DNA of 59,062 bases, counting the filler. It is 7 parts of 7 records of this genome, joined end to end, with 100 filler letters (N's around TTAATTAATTAA, not from the genome) between each part and the next. Parts side by side here need not be neighbours in the genome. Positions count along the whole stretch, not along the records: positions 1 to 10,582 come from SRR31156797_37854; positions 10,683 to 20,758 come from SRR31156797_37873; 5 more parts are not named here. One strand, given 5' to 3'. Below, piece by piece: positions 1-11,440 of this stretch; the stretch's first letter is position 1; the number at the start of each line of letters is the position of its first letter. A model generated the notes under the pieces. It saw only the letters and a list, made by a program, of their open reading frames with translations, was not told where the DNA came from and searched no databases. The translations under genes and the position numbers were made by a program.

Positions 1-358
1 TGGCAATACCGACAAAGCAATCTACCGTACCGTTTTCGAGCAGAGCCTTTGCCAATATTGAGGTGATTCCACCATCCTGCTGACCTTTTATAGCGCTCTT
101 TGCTCCAAAGAACTCTTTCACATTTGCAAATTCGTCATCTTCATATCCGTCAATTACAGGACAGAGCCTTCCGCATGTAAGACATCCCTCACATACATTT
201 GGTGCTGCTCCTTTGACGTATAATTCTAAATTATCAGGGTCACGGACTTCTGCATGCTTGTTCATAACAATAGCACCTGCAGGACATGTTGAAACACATG
301 CCCCACAAGAAGTGCAGACGTCGTGATCAATGACCTCTAATATTTTTGGATGGGCCAT
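1..358 (-). CDS. fpoF: F420H2 dehydrogenase subunit F (FrhB family), 3'-truncated at window edge
   Basis: Not in the ORF track. Manual translation MAHPKILEVIDHDVCTSCGACVSTCPAG...CEGCLTCGRLCP...QDGGITS shows two 4Fe-4S motifs plus the FrhB QDGG motif. GGAGG RBS; directly downstream of mer as in Methanosarcinales. Confidence 0.85.
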   Translation of the reverse strand, partial: MAHPKILEVIDHDVCTSCGACVSTCPAGAIVMNKHAEVRDPDNLELYVKGAAPNVCEGCLTCGRLCPVIDGYEDDEFANVKEFFGAKSAIKGQQDGGITSILAKALLENGTVDCFVGIA

Positions 359-387
359 TAACTGCCTCCGACGTTCTTTTATTTTGT

Positions 388-1380
<993 letters not shown>

Positions 1381-1749
1381 CTAAAGAGTGTTGCTATTCT
1401 GGTAGCTATACATATTTAAAACTTTGTTGGTTTGACATCAGGAAAACAAGTGAAAAAAAGCACACCAAGCCAATATTAAAATTATGACATATGGAAAAGA
1501 TGTTTTACGTGATCTATTGTGCAACTACAGAGAACTTCCACACTATAACACTATCTAAAAAATAAATATGAACTTACCGTTACAGATATATTCAGTAACT
1601 GTCAGATGAAAGATTGTTAATATTTTACAGAAGGTGGCAATGTCCAGGGAGTTATTGATCCATCGACTCATATGAAAATATTAACATCCACGTCTATAAA
1701 ATATGGATGTTTAAAGATTTGATTAAGAAGACATTAAATTTTAAACTGA

Positions 1750-1998
1750 GTGAACATCATGAAATGCTATGAATGTGCCAAAGATGGAAAAGATAGCGAT
1801 ACAGTGGCTATCTGTATAATATGTGGGAGAGGAGTCTGTAAAGACCACCATGTGAGGGAAGAAACACCTGTGTGGGAAGGCGAATACAGCATAAAGCTGA
1901 AATGTGGAATGGGAATATCCTGCGATTACAAAGATGTCCAGCACTGGAAGAAAATACTTTGCATACCCTGCCATAAAGCATTGGTGGACAACTACTAG
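1750..1998 (+). CDS. DUF2180-like small Cys-rich protein
   Basis: MKCYEC...CIICGRGVCKDH...ILCIPC pattern; real start may be ATG 1759. Confidence 0.75.
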   Translation: MNIMKCYECAKDGKDSDTVAICIICGRGVCKDHHVREETPVWEGEYSIKLKCGMGISCDYKDVQHWKKILCIPCHKALVDNY

Positions 1999-2006
1999 GT
2001 GATATC

Positions 2007-2225
2007 ATGATGAAATGCTATGACTGTATGGAAGAAGGAAAAGACGCAGAAGCAACATGTGTCTGTATAACTTGTGGAAAAGGGCTTTGCACAGACCACA
2101 CAAAAGAGCTGGAACTCCCTGTATCAGTAGGCCAGCCACCTCACGTCGAAAGGCTTCCAAACGGATTGCCAAGGATCATGTGCAAATACTGCTTTGACCA
2201 GACAATTGAAGATTCATTTGATTAA
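2007..2225 (+). CDS. DUF2180-like small Cys-rich protein (paralog)
   Basis: MKCYDC...CITCGKGLCTDH...IMCKYC. Confidence 0.78.
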   Translation: MMKCYDCMEEGKDAEATCVCITCGKGLCTDHTKELELPVSVGQPPHVERLPNGLPRIMCKYCFDQTIEDSFD

Positions 2226-2242
2226 ATAAAGGAGGATAAAAT

Positions 2243-2614
2243 ATGTGCGGAGAAGGAAATGGTAAAGCATGCGGACATAAAGAGATCATTGGAGATATGT
2301 CCGACAAATTGGGATTCACTCCCCAGATACTGGAAACACTTGGAGAACTTGAACCGGAGTTTTTGCACAAGTACAACATGTGCAACAACAAGATACTCAG
2401 CGACGGAGCACTTCCAGCTAAAACAAAGATATTGATGGCTCTTGCTGTTGTTGCATCAAAACAGTGTGAACGCTGCATAGTTTCACAGATGAAGAGTGCT
2501 CTGAAGAACGGAGCAACAAAAGAAGAGATCATGGAAACAATGGATGTAATATTCATCACATCCGGTGCGCCAGCCGTTGCTGCATGCAAAGACGCACTGA
2601 AAATGCTCAAATAA
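2243..2614 (+). CDS. CMD/AhpD-family protein disulfide reductase (MdrA-like)
   Basis: CMD fold pattern ([14 protein letters not shown]...GATKEEI) with CERC motif; AGGAGG RBS. Confidence 0.85.
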   Translation: MCGEGNGKACGHKEIIGDMSDKLGFTPQILETLGELEPEFLHKYNMCNNKILSDGALPAKTKILMALAVVASKQCERCIVSQMKSALKNGATKEEIMETMDVIFITSGAPAVAACKDALKMLK

Positions 2615-2683
2615 GACTGAATAACAGAGGGAGCAGGGTGACCCCCTCTACATCTTTTAAAATCAATATTGAGAGGATAGGAC

Positions 2684-4090
2684 ATGAGGGGAAACGTTGT
2701 AAGAGATGGCCTGGTTTTAATAGCAGTTTTTTTATTGTTATCCATGGCAGGCAATTTTGCATCTGCAGCAGAAGAAACAAAGTATGGAGAGCTTTCATCG
2801 GATGATTTTACATTTGAAAGCAGATGCAGACAGTGCCATGCAATCATTTATGGAGATTGGGAGGGGACCATGCACTTCAATGCATATCTTGACCCATTCT
2901 ATCTTGAAGAAGTAAAAGTTGCAAGTGCTGACACCGATGGACTGGTTGATGAATTTTGTTCACGTTGTCATACACCCATAGGAGTTGTGTCCGGCGAGAT
3001 ACCACCAATTGACGGATCCGAAATGAGTGACATTGCCAAACTTGGAGTGCAGTGCGATTTTTGTCATGTGGTATCAGGAAGTAATGGAACAGGTAACGCA
3101 CAATTCATAGCCAGCCCCGGCGACACAAAATGGGGACCTTTTGACGATTCAAAATCCGCATATCATGATTCAGAATATCTTGAACTTTATGTCCAATCCG
3201 AATATTGTGGTATGTGCCATCAGGTAATACATCCTGTTAACGGCCTTGTTATAGATGATACATATTCAAGCTGGAAAGAAAGCCAGTATGGAAAAGATAA
3301 TGTAGTCTGCCAGGACTGCCACATGACAGAAGGAATAACAGAGTTTGAGGCAAACCCGGGACGTGCAGGTTCAGGTGCACCTAAAAGAGACCACATATCA
3401 TCACATGATATAGTAGGAGCTAATGCATTTATCCCTCCGATGTTGGGTGCTAACAATGTAGCTGATATGGCAGTGGAAAGACTCCAGAAAGCTGCAACAT
3501 TGGAAATAACAAGCCCAGAGATAGCATCCGTCGGGGAAGAAATAACCATTGAAACAGCGATCAGCAACTCAGGAGCAGGACATAATATCCCAACCGGGGT
3601 CTCCGAGATAAGACAGCTGTGGCTTGAAGTCGTTGTGAAAGACGATGAAGGCAGCGAAATATACACTGCCGGAACCCTTGATGCTGATGGAAACATCGAA
3701 GAAGCAAAGCTGATCTATAACAATATACTCGGAGATAGTAATGGTAACGCCACTGATAGTTTCTGGCTCGCTGACAGAGTGCTTGAGGACAACAGGATAG
3801 GTCCGAAAGATACGGCAACAGAAGAACATACTTTCACAGTTCCAGATGACGTAACCTATCCATTGACAGTAAAGGCCACCCTGAACTACAGGTCTGCACC
3901 TCAGGAACTGGTCGATAAGCTTATGGGAGAGGATACAGAAGTTCCTGTGATCAGCATGAACGAGGAGTCAGCCGTGATATACGACCCTGCGACCCCACCA
4001 GAAGAAAGAACAACAGAGTCCACACCGGGATTCGGTATTTTTGCTACATCTATGGCTCTGATAATTATGATGTATTTATTTAGAAAATAA
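2684..4090 (+). CDS. Secreted pentaheme c-type cytochrome with C-terminal PGF-CTERM sorting signal
   Basis: Signal peptide; five CxxCH (CRQCH, CSRCH, CDFCH, CGMCH, CQDCH); ends TPGF + hydrophobic helix + RK. Confidence 0.9.
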   Translation: MRGNVVRDGLVLIAVFLLLSMAGNFASAAEETKYGELSSDDFTFESRCRQCHAIIYGDWEGTMHFNAYLDPFYLEEVKVASADTDGLVDEFCSRCHTPIGVVSGEIPPIDGSEMSDIAKLGVQCDFCHVVSGSNGTGNAQFIASPGDTKWGPFDDSKSAYHDSEYLELYVQSEYCGMCHQVIHPVNGLVIDDTYSSWKESQYGKDNVVCQDCHMTEGITEFEANPGRAGSGAPKRDHISSHDIVGANAFIPPMLGANNVADMAVERLQKAATLEITSPEIASVGEEITIETAISNSGAGHNIPTGVSEIRQLWLEVVVKDDEGSEIYTAGTLDADGNIEEAKLIYNNILGDSNGNATDSFWLADRVLEDNRIGPKDTATEEHTFTVPDDVTYPLTVKATLNYRSAPQELVDKLMGEDTEVPVISMNEESAVIYDPATPPEERTTESTPGFGIFATSMALIIMMYLFRK

Positions 4091-4106
4091 AAGGAGGAAA
4101 TGAAAA

Positions 4107-4298
4107 ATGCCATCAAAAGTAGACTTAAGTAAATGTGAAGGAATCGGTGCATGTGCAGAAGCATGCCCAGTAGATGTTATAGACATCGGAGAAGACGAGA
4201 GCGGCAGCTCAAAGGCAGTTATCGCCCGCCCAGACGACTGCCTGGAATGCGGAGTCTGCGTCGATACCTGTCCGCATGAAGCACTAACACTGGAATAA
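4107..4298 (+). CDS. Ferredoxin, 2x[4Fe-4S] type (first site variant)
   Basis: CEGIGACAEACP and CLECGVCVDTCP. Confidence 0.9.
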   Translation: MPSKVDLSKCEGIGACAEACPVDVIDIGEDESGSSKAVIARPDDCLECGVCVDTCPHEALTLE

Positions 4299-4317
4299 GA
4301 CAAAACGGAGTGACTTT

Positions 4318-4941
4318 ATGTCCGATGACACCAGCATCAAACTTCTCGGGATATCAGGTAGTCCGAGGAAAGGATCCACAGACTACATTGTCAATGAAGC
4401 TCTCAGGTATGCCCAGGAGAAATATGAAAACGTAGAGGTTGAATATTTCTCTGCAAGAGCAAAAAACATAAAGTTCTGCATCCATTGTGACTACTGCATC
4501 CGTAAAAAAGAAGGATGTGTTCACAAGGACGACCTTGTGGAGCTCTATGACAAGATGCTCTGGGCAGATGCATGGATCATCGGCACTCCGGTCTACCAGG
4601 GTACATTGAGTGCCCAGACTAAGACTATCATGGACAGGTGCCGCGCAGTGGTTGCCCGGAACCCGAAAGCCTTCCTGAACAAGGTAGGCGCCGCAGCGGC
4701 GGTGGGTGGCGACCGTGTGGGCGGACAGGAACCTGCCATGCAGACAATTCACAATTTCTACATAATCAGCGAAATGATACCTATTGCAGGTGGTTCCTTT
4801 GGCTCTAACCTGGGAGGAAGCTTCTGGTCTCAGGATAAAGGTGCCGAGGGTGCTGCAGAGGATTCCGAAGGATTGAGGACTCTTCGCAGGACCATCAATA
4901 AGATGATGAAGACCGTCATTACCATGAAGAGTATCAAATAG
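4318..4941 (+). CDS. Iron-sulfur flavoprotein (Isf, flavodoxin-like)
   Basis: GISGSPRKGST FMN loop; CIHCDYC-x6-C; GTPVY; GGQE. Confidence 0.88.
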   Translation: MSDDTSIKLLGISGSPRKGSTDYIVNEALRYAQEKYENVEVEYFSARAKNIKFCIHCDYCIRKKEGCVHKDDLVELYDKMLWADAWIIGTPVYQGTLSAQTKTIMDRCRAVVARNPKAFLNKVGAAAAVGGDRVGGQEPAMQTIHNFYIISEMIPIAGGSFGSNLGGSFWSQDKGAEGAAEDSEGLRTLRRTINKMMKTVITMKSIK

Positions 4942-4951
4942 GGGTGCAAGT

Positions 4952-5650
4952 TTGAGATTCGAAGAGCCTGTGACAGACATCATAAAAAGAGCACATAATG
5001 TTAAGAGTTTCAGGTTCAAAAGACCCGAAGCATTTGATTTCAAGGCAGGACAGTACATCGCTGTCACCCTTGAGGACAATGGGAAAAGGACCAGCAAGCC
5101 TTTCACCCTGTCAAGCAGCCCTACAGAGAAAGGACACATAGAATTCACAAAGAAACTTACAGGTCACGAGTACTCGAACCTGCTTGATGCAATGGAAGTG
5201 GGAGATACCGCACTTATAAGCGGTCCCTTCGGGAAAATGACATTCGAAGGAGAGTATGAGAAGATAGCGCTCCTAAGTGGTGGTATCGGCATCACACCGA
5301 TGATAAGCATTTGCAAATATGCTGCCGATGTGAAACTCAGTACGGACATCATGCTCATGTGCAGCGATAAGACCGAGCAGGACCTGATATTCGTGGAAGA
5401 GCTTGAAGCCATAAAAAAGGATAATCCGAAGCTTACGGTGTTCAACACCCTGACAAAGGCCTCGGAAAACTGGACAGGATGCAGGGGACGCATCTGTGAA
5501 AGCATGGTCCAGGAAGAATTACCGGATTATGCAGAGAGAGTATTCTATGTATGCGGACCACCTCCGATGGTGGACTCCATGATAGAAATGCTCCACGAGA
5601 TGAAGATACCTGACAGCATGATACACAAGGAAGCATTGACAGGATATTGA
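4952..5650 (+). CDS. FAD/NAD(P)-binding oxidoreductase, ferredoxin-NADP reductase superfamily
   Basis: FKAGQY, KPFTLSS, GGIGITP, YVCGPPPM; TTG start. Confidence 0.88.
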   Translation: MRFEEPVTDIIKRAHNVKSFRFKRPEAFDFKAGQYIAVTLEDNGKRTSKPFTLSSSPTEKGHIEFTKKLTGHEYSNLLDAMEVGDTALISGPFGKMTFEGEYEKIALLSGGIGITPMISICKYAADVKLSTDIMLMCSDKTEQDLIFVEELEAIKKDNPKLTVFNTLTKASENWTGCRGRICESMVQEELPDYAERVFYVCGPPPMVDSMIEMLHEMKIPDSMIHKEALTGY

Positions 5651-5676
5651 TAATCACACATAACAGAAGGAGGCAC

Positions 5677-6228
5677 ATGGTTATGAAAAGAATAGCATGG
5701 GGAATAACTGGATCAGGTGACCTGATAAAAGAGACATATGAGGCAATGGTTGATATCAAGGAGAAGAGCGATCTCGAGATAATGGTCTTCTTATCAAAAG
5801 AAGGTGAGACCGTCATGAAATGGTATCATATGTGGAATGATATACAGAAGGATTTTCCAAATTTCAAGACCGAAGGCGGACCAAATTCACCATTTATCGC
5901 AGGTCCGTTGCAGGTAGGCTACTACGACGCCCTCATAATCGCACCTACAACATCCAACAGCGTTGCAAAGATAGTATACGGAATTGCCGACACCCTGGTC
6001 ACAAATGTCGTTGCGCAGACAGCAAAGGGGAGCACTCCTATCTACATACTGCCTGTTGACAGAGAGATGGGCACGGTTGAGACCGTATCCCCTGAAGGTC
6101 GCGTGATGGAACTAAAGATGCGTGAGGTTGATGTGTCCAACACACAGAAGCTTGCCCAGATGGAGAACATAACCATCATCAACAGTCCTGATGAGATCTA
6201 TGACGTACTTGGTGTCAGCAAGGACTAA
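5677..6228 (+). CDS. Archaeoflavoprotein (AfpA-like)
   Basis: RIAWGITGSG, NSPFIAGPLQVG, APTTSNSVAKI, GIADTLVTN; GGAGG RBS before ATG 5677. Confidence 0.85.
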   Translation: MVMKRIAWGITGSGDLIKETYEAMVDIKEKSDLEIMVFLSKEGETVMKWYHMWNDIQKDFPNFKTEGGPNSPFIAGPLQVGYYDALIIAPTTSNSVAKIVYGIADTLVTNVVAQTAKGSTPIYILPVDREMGTVETVSPEGRVMELKMREVDVSNTQKLAQMENITIINSPDEIYDVLGVSKD

Positions 6229-7052
6229 AAGAAAGTATAACCCTCACGGAGATATATATCAGGCAGTTTGCCAATGATAGTATCAAGCTTCCTGACAGAC
6301 CGGAATGTGGCATAGGCTGCAACGAAGCTGTCAATGGCATCTCCATCTTTATTATTAACTATTTTTTCACGGATATTGTCAGTAACATCTATCCCGTTCC
6401 TGAGCAGTTCCTCCAGAATATATTCTCGTGTCCTTTTCTCCTTTTCAGTCCTGCCTTTGTAAGTGATGTAGAGTTCCTCACTCTTCAGAGTAGAAGCAGG
6501 ACATAACTCCATCAGCCACGGTTTTCCATCCACGGGTTCCTGCATAGGAAGAGCACATACACTTCCTGACATGACCAGAGGATGCAGGACATCACGGATG
6601 CCATAGTAGGTCTGCTTGTACACCCAGAGATTGTAAATGCTGAACGGGGCTTTGACCTCGACATCTGTCAGGCGCTTCAGTTCAGTTTTACCTCCTGCCT
6701 TCTGCATTGTTTTACGAAAGTCATCTGCAGTGTTGTAAGTCTCCGGGAACTCGGATACAAAAGAACACCAGTCCTTTGAGAACATCAGTTTTTCTGGAAG
6801 ACCGAAAGGGAAATCCATCCCGAAAACAGAATCCTTATTTGATAAAATGAGTTCACGGAGGGCAGAGAGACAGGCGCTTCGCTCCTTAGTCCTGTTCAAT
6901 GAGATATCGGAAATTGGATAGCAGTTGAGAAGAGTGAGACTGCCACCTTCCGCAACACCCTCGCTTATCCATATCTTGCGGCCTGCATCCTTTGCACCAC
7001 TAAAATCAACACCGAATATCCTGCGTTTCTTTCCTGTGGCAGCAAAGGTCAT
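6225..7052 (-). CDS. DUF429-like protein (predicted RNase H-fold nuclease)
   Basis: GVDFSGA, GMDFPFGLP, ELCPAS, DAIDS motifs. Confidence 0.7.
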   Translation of the reverse strand: MTFAATGKKRRIFGVDFSGAKDAGRKIWISEGVAEGGSLTLLNCYPISDISLNRTKERSACLSALRELILSNKDSVFGMDFPFGLPEKLMFSKDWCSFVSEFPETYNTADDFRKTMQKAGGKTELKRLTDVEVKAPFSIYNLWVYKQTYYGIRDVLHPLVMSGSVCALPMQEPVDGKPWLMELCPASTLKSEELYITYKGRTEKEKRTREYILEELLRNGIDVTDNIREKIVNNKDGDAIDSFVAAYATFRSVRKLDTIIGKLPDIYLREGYTFF

Positions 7053-7076
7053 GTTATTTGCACATTAAGATCAACA

Positions 7077-8180
7077 TTAGTTGTCACGCAGTCCCCTGAT
7101 GAACTCATCTGTCATCATGTGGGCTTCATCGTCTGTGAACTGCTTTGGTGGATGCTTCATGAAATAGGATGAAGGTGAATACAGAATACCACCAATTCCC
7201 CTGTCAAGTGCGATCTTACAGCACCTGATAGCATCAATGACGACACCTGCGGAGTTAGGGGAATCCTCAACGGAGAGACGAAGCTCGATGTTCATCGGCA
7301 CATCACCGAAGAGCTTGCCTTCCATCCTCAGGAAACATAACTTGTTATCGTTCTGCCACGGAACATAATCACTTGGACCAACGTGGATGTTATCATCATC
7401 CATCCTCTGACCTACGACCGACTGGACGGCTTCGGTCTTGGATTCCTTCTTTGACGCAAGCCTGTTCCTGTTAAGCATGTTAAGGAAATCAGTGTTGCCG
7501 CCTGTATTAAGCTGGTAGGTCCGTTCAAGTTTTACGCCACGTTTGCGGAAAAGATCTGCAAGAGTCCTGTGAGTGATGGTAGCACCTAATTGTGCCTTTA
7601 TGTCATCACCAATAATAGGGATACCTTTTTCCTCGAACTTTGCTGCCCATTCCGGATCACTTACGATGAAAACCGGCATGTTGTTTATGAAAGCAACTCC
7701 TGCCTCAAGAGCACATTCGGCATAGAAACGGGTAGCTTCCTCGGAACCTACCGGCAGGTAGTTCAGTAATATCTCTGCACCGGAATCTTTCAATTCCTTT
7801 ACGACAAGATCCTTATCTGCTTCTTTCTCAGATGAAGGGATAAAACTTCTGTTCTCACTGTAGCCTGCCATGTGCTCAGAATAACCATCAAGTATCCGGC
7901 CCATCTTCACTATTGTACCGATTGCAGGCATTTCAGGGCAAAACACCGCAGTGCAGTTAGGCGGTGCAAAGATAGCTTCTGATACATCCTTTCCCACTTT
8001 TCTCTCATCGATGTCAAAGGCAGCAACTACTTCAATATCAAATGGCCTGTATCCTCCTACATCCCAGTGCATAAGGCCTATTGCATCTTCTTCGTCCTTG
8101 CTTTTGTAATATTCGATGCCCTGTATCAGAGAGCTTGCACAATTGCCAACACCTGCAATTGCAATCTTGATCTTGTCCAT
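7077..8180 (-). CDS. ino1: myo-inositol-1-phosphate synthase
   Basis: [47 protein letters not shown]. Confidence 0.95.
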   Translation of the reverse strand: MDKIKIAIAGVGNCASSLIQGIEYYKSKDEEDAIGLMHWDVGGYRPFDIEVVAAFDIDERKVGKDVSEAIFAPPNCTAVFCPEMPAIGTIVKMGRILDGYSEHMAGYSENRSFIPSSEKEADKDLVVKELKDSGAEILLNYLPVGSEEATRFYAECALEAGVAFINNMPVFIVSDPEWAAKFEEKGIPIIGDDIKAQLGATITHRTLADLFRKRGVKLERTYQLNTGGNTDFLNMLNRNRLASKKESKTEAVQSVVGQRMDDDNIHVGPSDYVPWQNDNKLCFLRMEGKLFGDVPMNIELRLSVEDSPNSAGVVIDAIRCCKIALDRGIGGILYSPSSYFMKHPPKQFTDDEAHMMTDEFIRGLRDN

Positions 8181-8445
8181 TCAACTACCTCTATAAAAGC
8201 GATCATAAAGATCAATGATAAATAAATATAACCAGAGTAATGTATTGTTACAAATAAAAAGTTTTCTAAATAAAGGCTGGTTGCCTACTTTTTATAGATA
8301 TACAGGAGCAGGCATATATTAGTTCAAAGCTCGAAAGGTATATTAAGCCAGAACTAGATAAGATTTGATACAGTGGGTTTGACCGTTGTTTTGAAACGAT
8401 GGTACTTTGAGTTTGATATGTTGTTGCTTTAAAGGAGATTACAAA

Positions 8446-8934
8446 ATGAAAGACATATTACATGAGATCGCAGAAGAACTGGACCATCTGAAGTCACTTG
8501 ATGAAGCGATCGCACTGGGGATTGAACTTGAAGAAGAGGGGATGCAGTACTACAGTGAGAAGGCGTCCGTTATGAAGAACAAGACTGCAAGCAAACTCTA
8601 CATGTTCCTTGCTGATGAGGAAAAAAAGCATGCAGACTACCTTAAACAATACAGGGAAAGCAAAAATGTCCCTGAAGTGGAGTTCCACTATCCTAAATTT
8701 GAAGCCTCGTTCACAGAAGAATTCTCAGATGAGAAACTTGAAGAAATAGGCATTCTCCTTGCAGCCCTTCGTTTCGAGCACAAGAGTGAATACTTCTATA
8801 CAGAACTTGCAAAGAGGGCAGAAGATGAAGAGCAACGCATGTTCTTCGAGAAGGTCGCTGCTGCTGAGCGGGGACATTACATGATAATAGATGAATTACT
8901 TGGTGCTGCTACCGAGTTCAGGATGCAGACATAA
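8446..8934 (+). CDS. Ferritin/rubrerythrin-like diiron protein
   Basis: Two ExxH motifs (EEKKH, AERGH); AAGGAG RBS before ATG 8446. Confidence 0.85.
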   Translation: MKDILHEIAEELDHLKSLDEAIALGIELEEEGMQYYSEKASVMKNKTASKLYMFLADEEKKHADYLKQYRESKNVPEVEFHYPKFEASFTEEFSDEKLEEIGILLAALRFEHKSEYFYTELAKRAEDEEQRMFFEKVAAAERGHYMIIDELLGAATEFRMQT

Positions 8935-8950
8935 AAAAGGAGATAAATCA

Positions 8951-10162
8951 ATGGATGATCAAAAACCACTTGAGCTTGCTAAAGGCATATACTGGGTGGG
9001 CGTAGTTGACTGGAACCTGCGGGATTTCCACGGATACGAGACACCTAAAGGAGGCAGCTATAACGCATACCTCGTAGTCGATGAGAAGATAGCCCTCATT
9101 GATACGGTGAAGGCACCTTTTGTAGGTGAGATGCTCAGACGCATAGAACAGATAGTGGACCCTTCAAAGATCGATTATGTTATCTCAAATCATGTTGAGA
9201 TGGACCATTCCAGCTCAATATCCACCATTATGAAAGTAGCGCCCAATGCAAAGCTGTTTGCATCATCCAAGGGACAGACAGGCCTTTCTGAATATTACAA
9301 GGAGGAAGGTTTTGATGAGTGGGACCTAACTGTTGTCAAGACCGGTGACGAACTGAGCCTTGGAGAAAGGACACTGATGTTCATCGAAGCTACAATGCTA
9401 CACTGGCCTGACAGCATGCAGACATATGTAAAAGAGGATGCATTGCTCTTTTCCAATGATGCCTTCGGGCAACACGTTGCTACTTCAAAACGCTTTGACG
9501 ATGAAGTAGATGATGTGATAGAGGATGCAGGAATCTACTATGCCAACATCCTTTTGCCGTTCGGTTCCCAGATACTCAAATATGTCGAAAAGCTCGAAGA
9601 ACTTGGAGTTTCTCCTGAAATGATAGCTCCTGCACACGGAGTTATCTGGAGAAGGGATGTCTCGAAGGTAATGACACAATACCTGAAATGGGCACGTGGT
9701 GAAACTGCCCCGAAGGTAATTGTGATCTATGATACCATGTGGGGCAGCACAGAGAAGATGGCAATGGAGATAGTCGAAGGTGCAAGGTCGGCAGGGGTCG
9801 AGGTACGCCTGAGGCATCTGCGCAAGAACGACTGGAGCCTCACCATGAAAGAACTTATGGATGCATCCGTTGTTGCCATAGGTGCGCCTACTATGCATAA
9901 TGAGATGTTCTTCACTGCATCCGGATTCCTGACCTATATGAAAGGGCTGCGACCAAAGGGCAAGAAATTCTTCCTTTTCGGATCCTACGGATGGGGAGGG
10001 GGAGCTGTCAAGGGAATGGAAAAGATGCTGGAAAGCGGCAGGTTCGAACTTGCAATGGAAAGCATGCAGGTTAAGTTCAGACCTTACGAAGATGATAAAG
10101 AAGCTTGCAGAGAAATTGGATACAAGCTTGGTGAAATTGCAAAAGAGAATGCAAACAATTAA
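8951..10162 (+). CDS. fprA: Flavodiiron protein (O2/NO reductase)
   Basis: NHVEMDHS, HWPDS, SNDAFGQH, APAHG, flavodoxin domain YDTMWGST, FGSYGWGG. Confidence 0.93.
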   Translation: MDDQKPLELAKGIYWVGVVDWNLRDFHGYETPKGGSYNAYLVVDEKIALIDTVKAPFVGEMLRRIEQIVDPSKIDYVISNHVEMDHSSSISTIMKVAPNAKLFASSKGQTGLSEYYKEEGFDEWDLTVVKTGDELSLGERTLMFIEATMLHWPDSMQTYVKEDALLFSNDAFGQHVATSKRFDDEVDDVIEDAGIYYANILLPFGSQILKYVEKLEELGVSPEMIAPAHGVIWRRDVSKVMTQYLKWARGETAPKVIVIYDTMWGSTEKMAMEIVEGARSAGVEVRLRHLRKNDWSLTMKELMDASVVAIGAPTMHNEMFFTASGFLTYMKGLRPKGKKFFLFGSYGWGGGAVKGMEKMLESGRFELAMESMQVKFRPYEDDKEACREIGYKLGEIAKENANN

Positions 10163-10206
10163 ATTAATGAAGATTAATGTTCTGATGAAATAAAGAGAGT
10201 GTTACC

Positions 10207-10482
10207 ATGAAATTCGAAGATGACCTGGAAGCTGAATTCTACGAAAAGTCCAAGAAAAATGCAGAAACATCCGGTTACAAGCTTAACACTGACTGGGATG
10301 TAATCACAACTGCCGTAAAGGGCATTTGCAACAACAAGAAGGAGTATGGGGAATGGTATTGCTTCTGCCAGAAAAGAAGCGGTGACAAGGAAAAGGACAA
10401 GAAGATAATCTGCCCATGTGCTGCAAGATCAAGAGACGTTGAGATGCGTGGCGCATGCAAGTGCGGACTTTACATAAAATAA
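10207..10482 (+). CDS. Ferredoxin:thioredoxin reductase catalytic-subunit-like protein
   Basis: YCFC...ICPC...CKCGLY, with FTR-beta spacing. Confidence 0.82.
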   Translation: MKFEDDLEAEFYEKSKKNAETSGYKLNTDWDVITTAVKGICNNKKEYGEWYCFCQKRSGDKEKDKKIICPCAARSRDVEMRGACKCGLYIK

Positions 10483-10582
10483 ACCAATTAACCTTTTTTC
10501 TCCGATGATAGAACTGAGGCTTAAAAACTTCAGGACATCTTTTTTTAATTTTACTCTCCGATCCATATGAAAGAAACTGGAA

Positions 10583-10682
10583 NNNNNNNNNNNNNNNNNN
10601 NNNNNNNNNNNNNNNNNNNNNNNNNNTTAATTAATTAANNNNNNNNNNNNNNNNNNNNNNNNNNNNNNNNNNNNNNNNNNNN
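10583..10682. other. Artificial contig spacer
   Basis: N-run + TTAATTAATTAA (stops in all frames) + N-run, 100 nt. Confidence 0.98.
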
Positions 10683-10683
10683 C

Positions 10684-11403
10684 TCTGTTGGTGGATGGGC
10701 TGCTTTAGCTGGAGCTTGGACAATCGGTCCTCGTTTAGGAAAATACAATGGCGGAGCAAACGCTATCCCTGGTCACAACATGGTATTAGGCGCTTTAGGT
10801 GTATTTATTCTTTGGTTAGGATGGTTCGGATTTAACCCTGGATCTCAGTTAGCGATCAGCGGTGACAACGCTAATGCTGTTGCAAACATCGTAATCACTA
10901 CAAACTTAGCTGCTGCTGCAGGTGCTCTAATCACAATGTTTGTTACCTGGTTCCGTTATGGTAAGCCTGATTTATCAATGACTTTAAACGGTGCCCTAGC
11001 TGGTCTTGTGGGTATTACAGCTGGTTGTGATGCTGTTTCTCCAGCCGGTGCTGCTATCATCGGTGCTATTGCAGGTTTAGTTGTAGTATTCTCAATTGAA
11101 TTTATAGATAAAAAATTAAAAGTAGATGATCCTGTAGGTGCAATCTCTGTTCACGGTGTATGTGGTGCTTTAGGAACTTTATTAGTAGGTCTTTTTGCAA
11201 CAGACGGTGGTTTATTCTATGGCGGTGGCGCTTCTTTATTAGTAAGCCAGGCTATTGGAGTTGTTACTATCGGCGCATGGGCTTTCGGATTAGGTTTAAT
11301 CTTATTCCAAGTGCTTAAAGCAACAATGGGACTTAGAGTTTCTGAACAAGAAGAAAGAGAAGGTTTGGATATCCACGAGCACGGACAATCTTCTTACAAC
11401 TAA
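10684..11403 (+). CDS. amtB: Ammonium transporter, 5'-truncated
   Basis: [41 protein letters not shown]. Confidence 0.95.
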   Translation, partial: SVGGWAALAGAWTIGPRLGKYNGGANAIPGHNMVLGALGVFILWLGWFGFNPGSQLAISGDNANAVANIVITTNLAAAAGALITMFVTWFRYGKPDLSMTLNGALAGLVGITAGCDAVSPAGAAIIGAIAGLVVVFSIEFIDKKLKVDDPVGAISVHGVCGALGTLLVGLFATDGGLFYGGGASLLVSQAIGVVTIGAWAFGLGLILFQVLKATMGLRVSEQEEREGLDIHEHGQSSYN

Positions 11404-11440
11404 AAACAAGCTCATAACCATAGCTTTTAAATATTTGATC

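Noticed and set aside
1996-4960. Pyrrolysine readthrough of TAG stops at 1996-1998 and 4939-4941
   Set aside because: Readthrough meets an in-frame TGA within a few codons and does not fuse to the next gene
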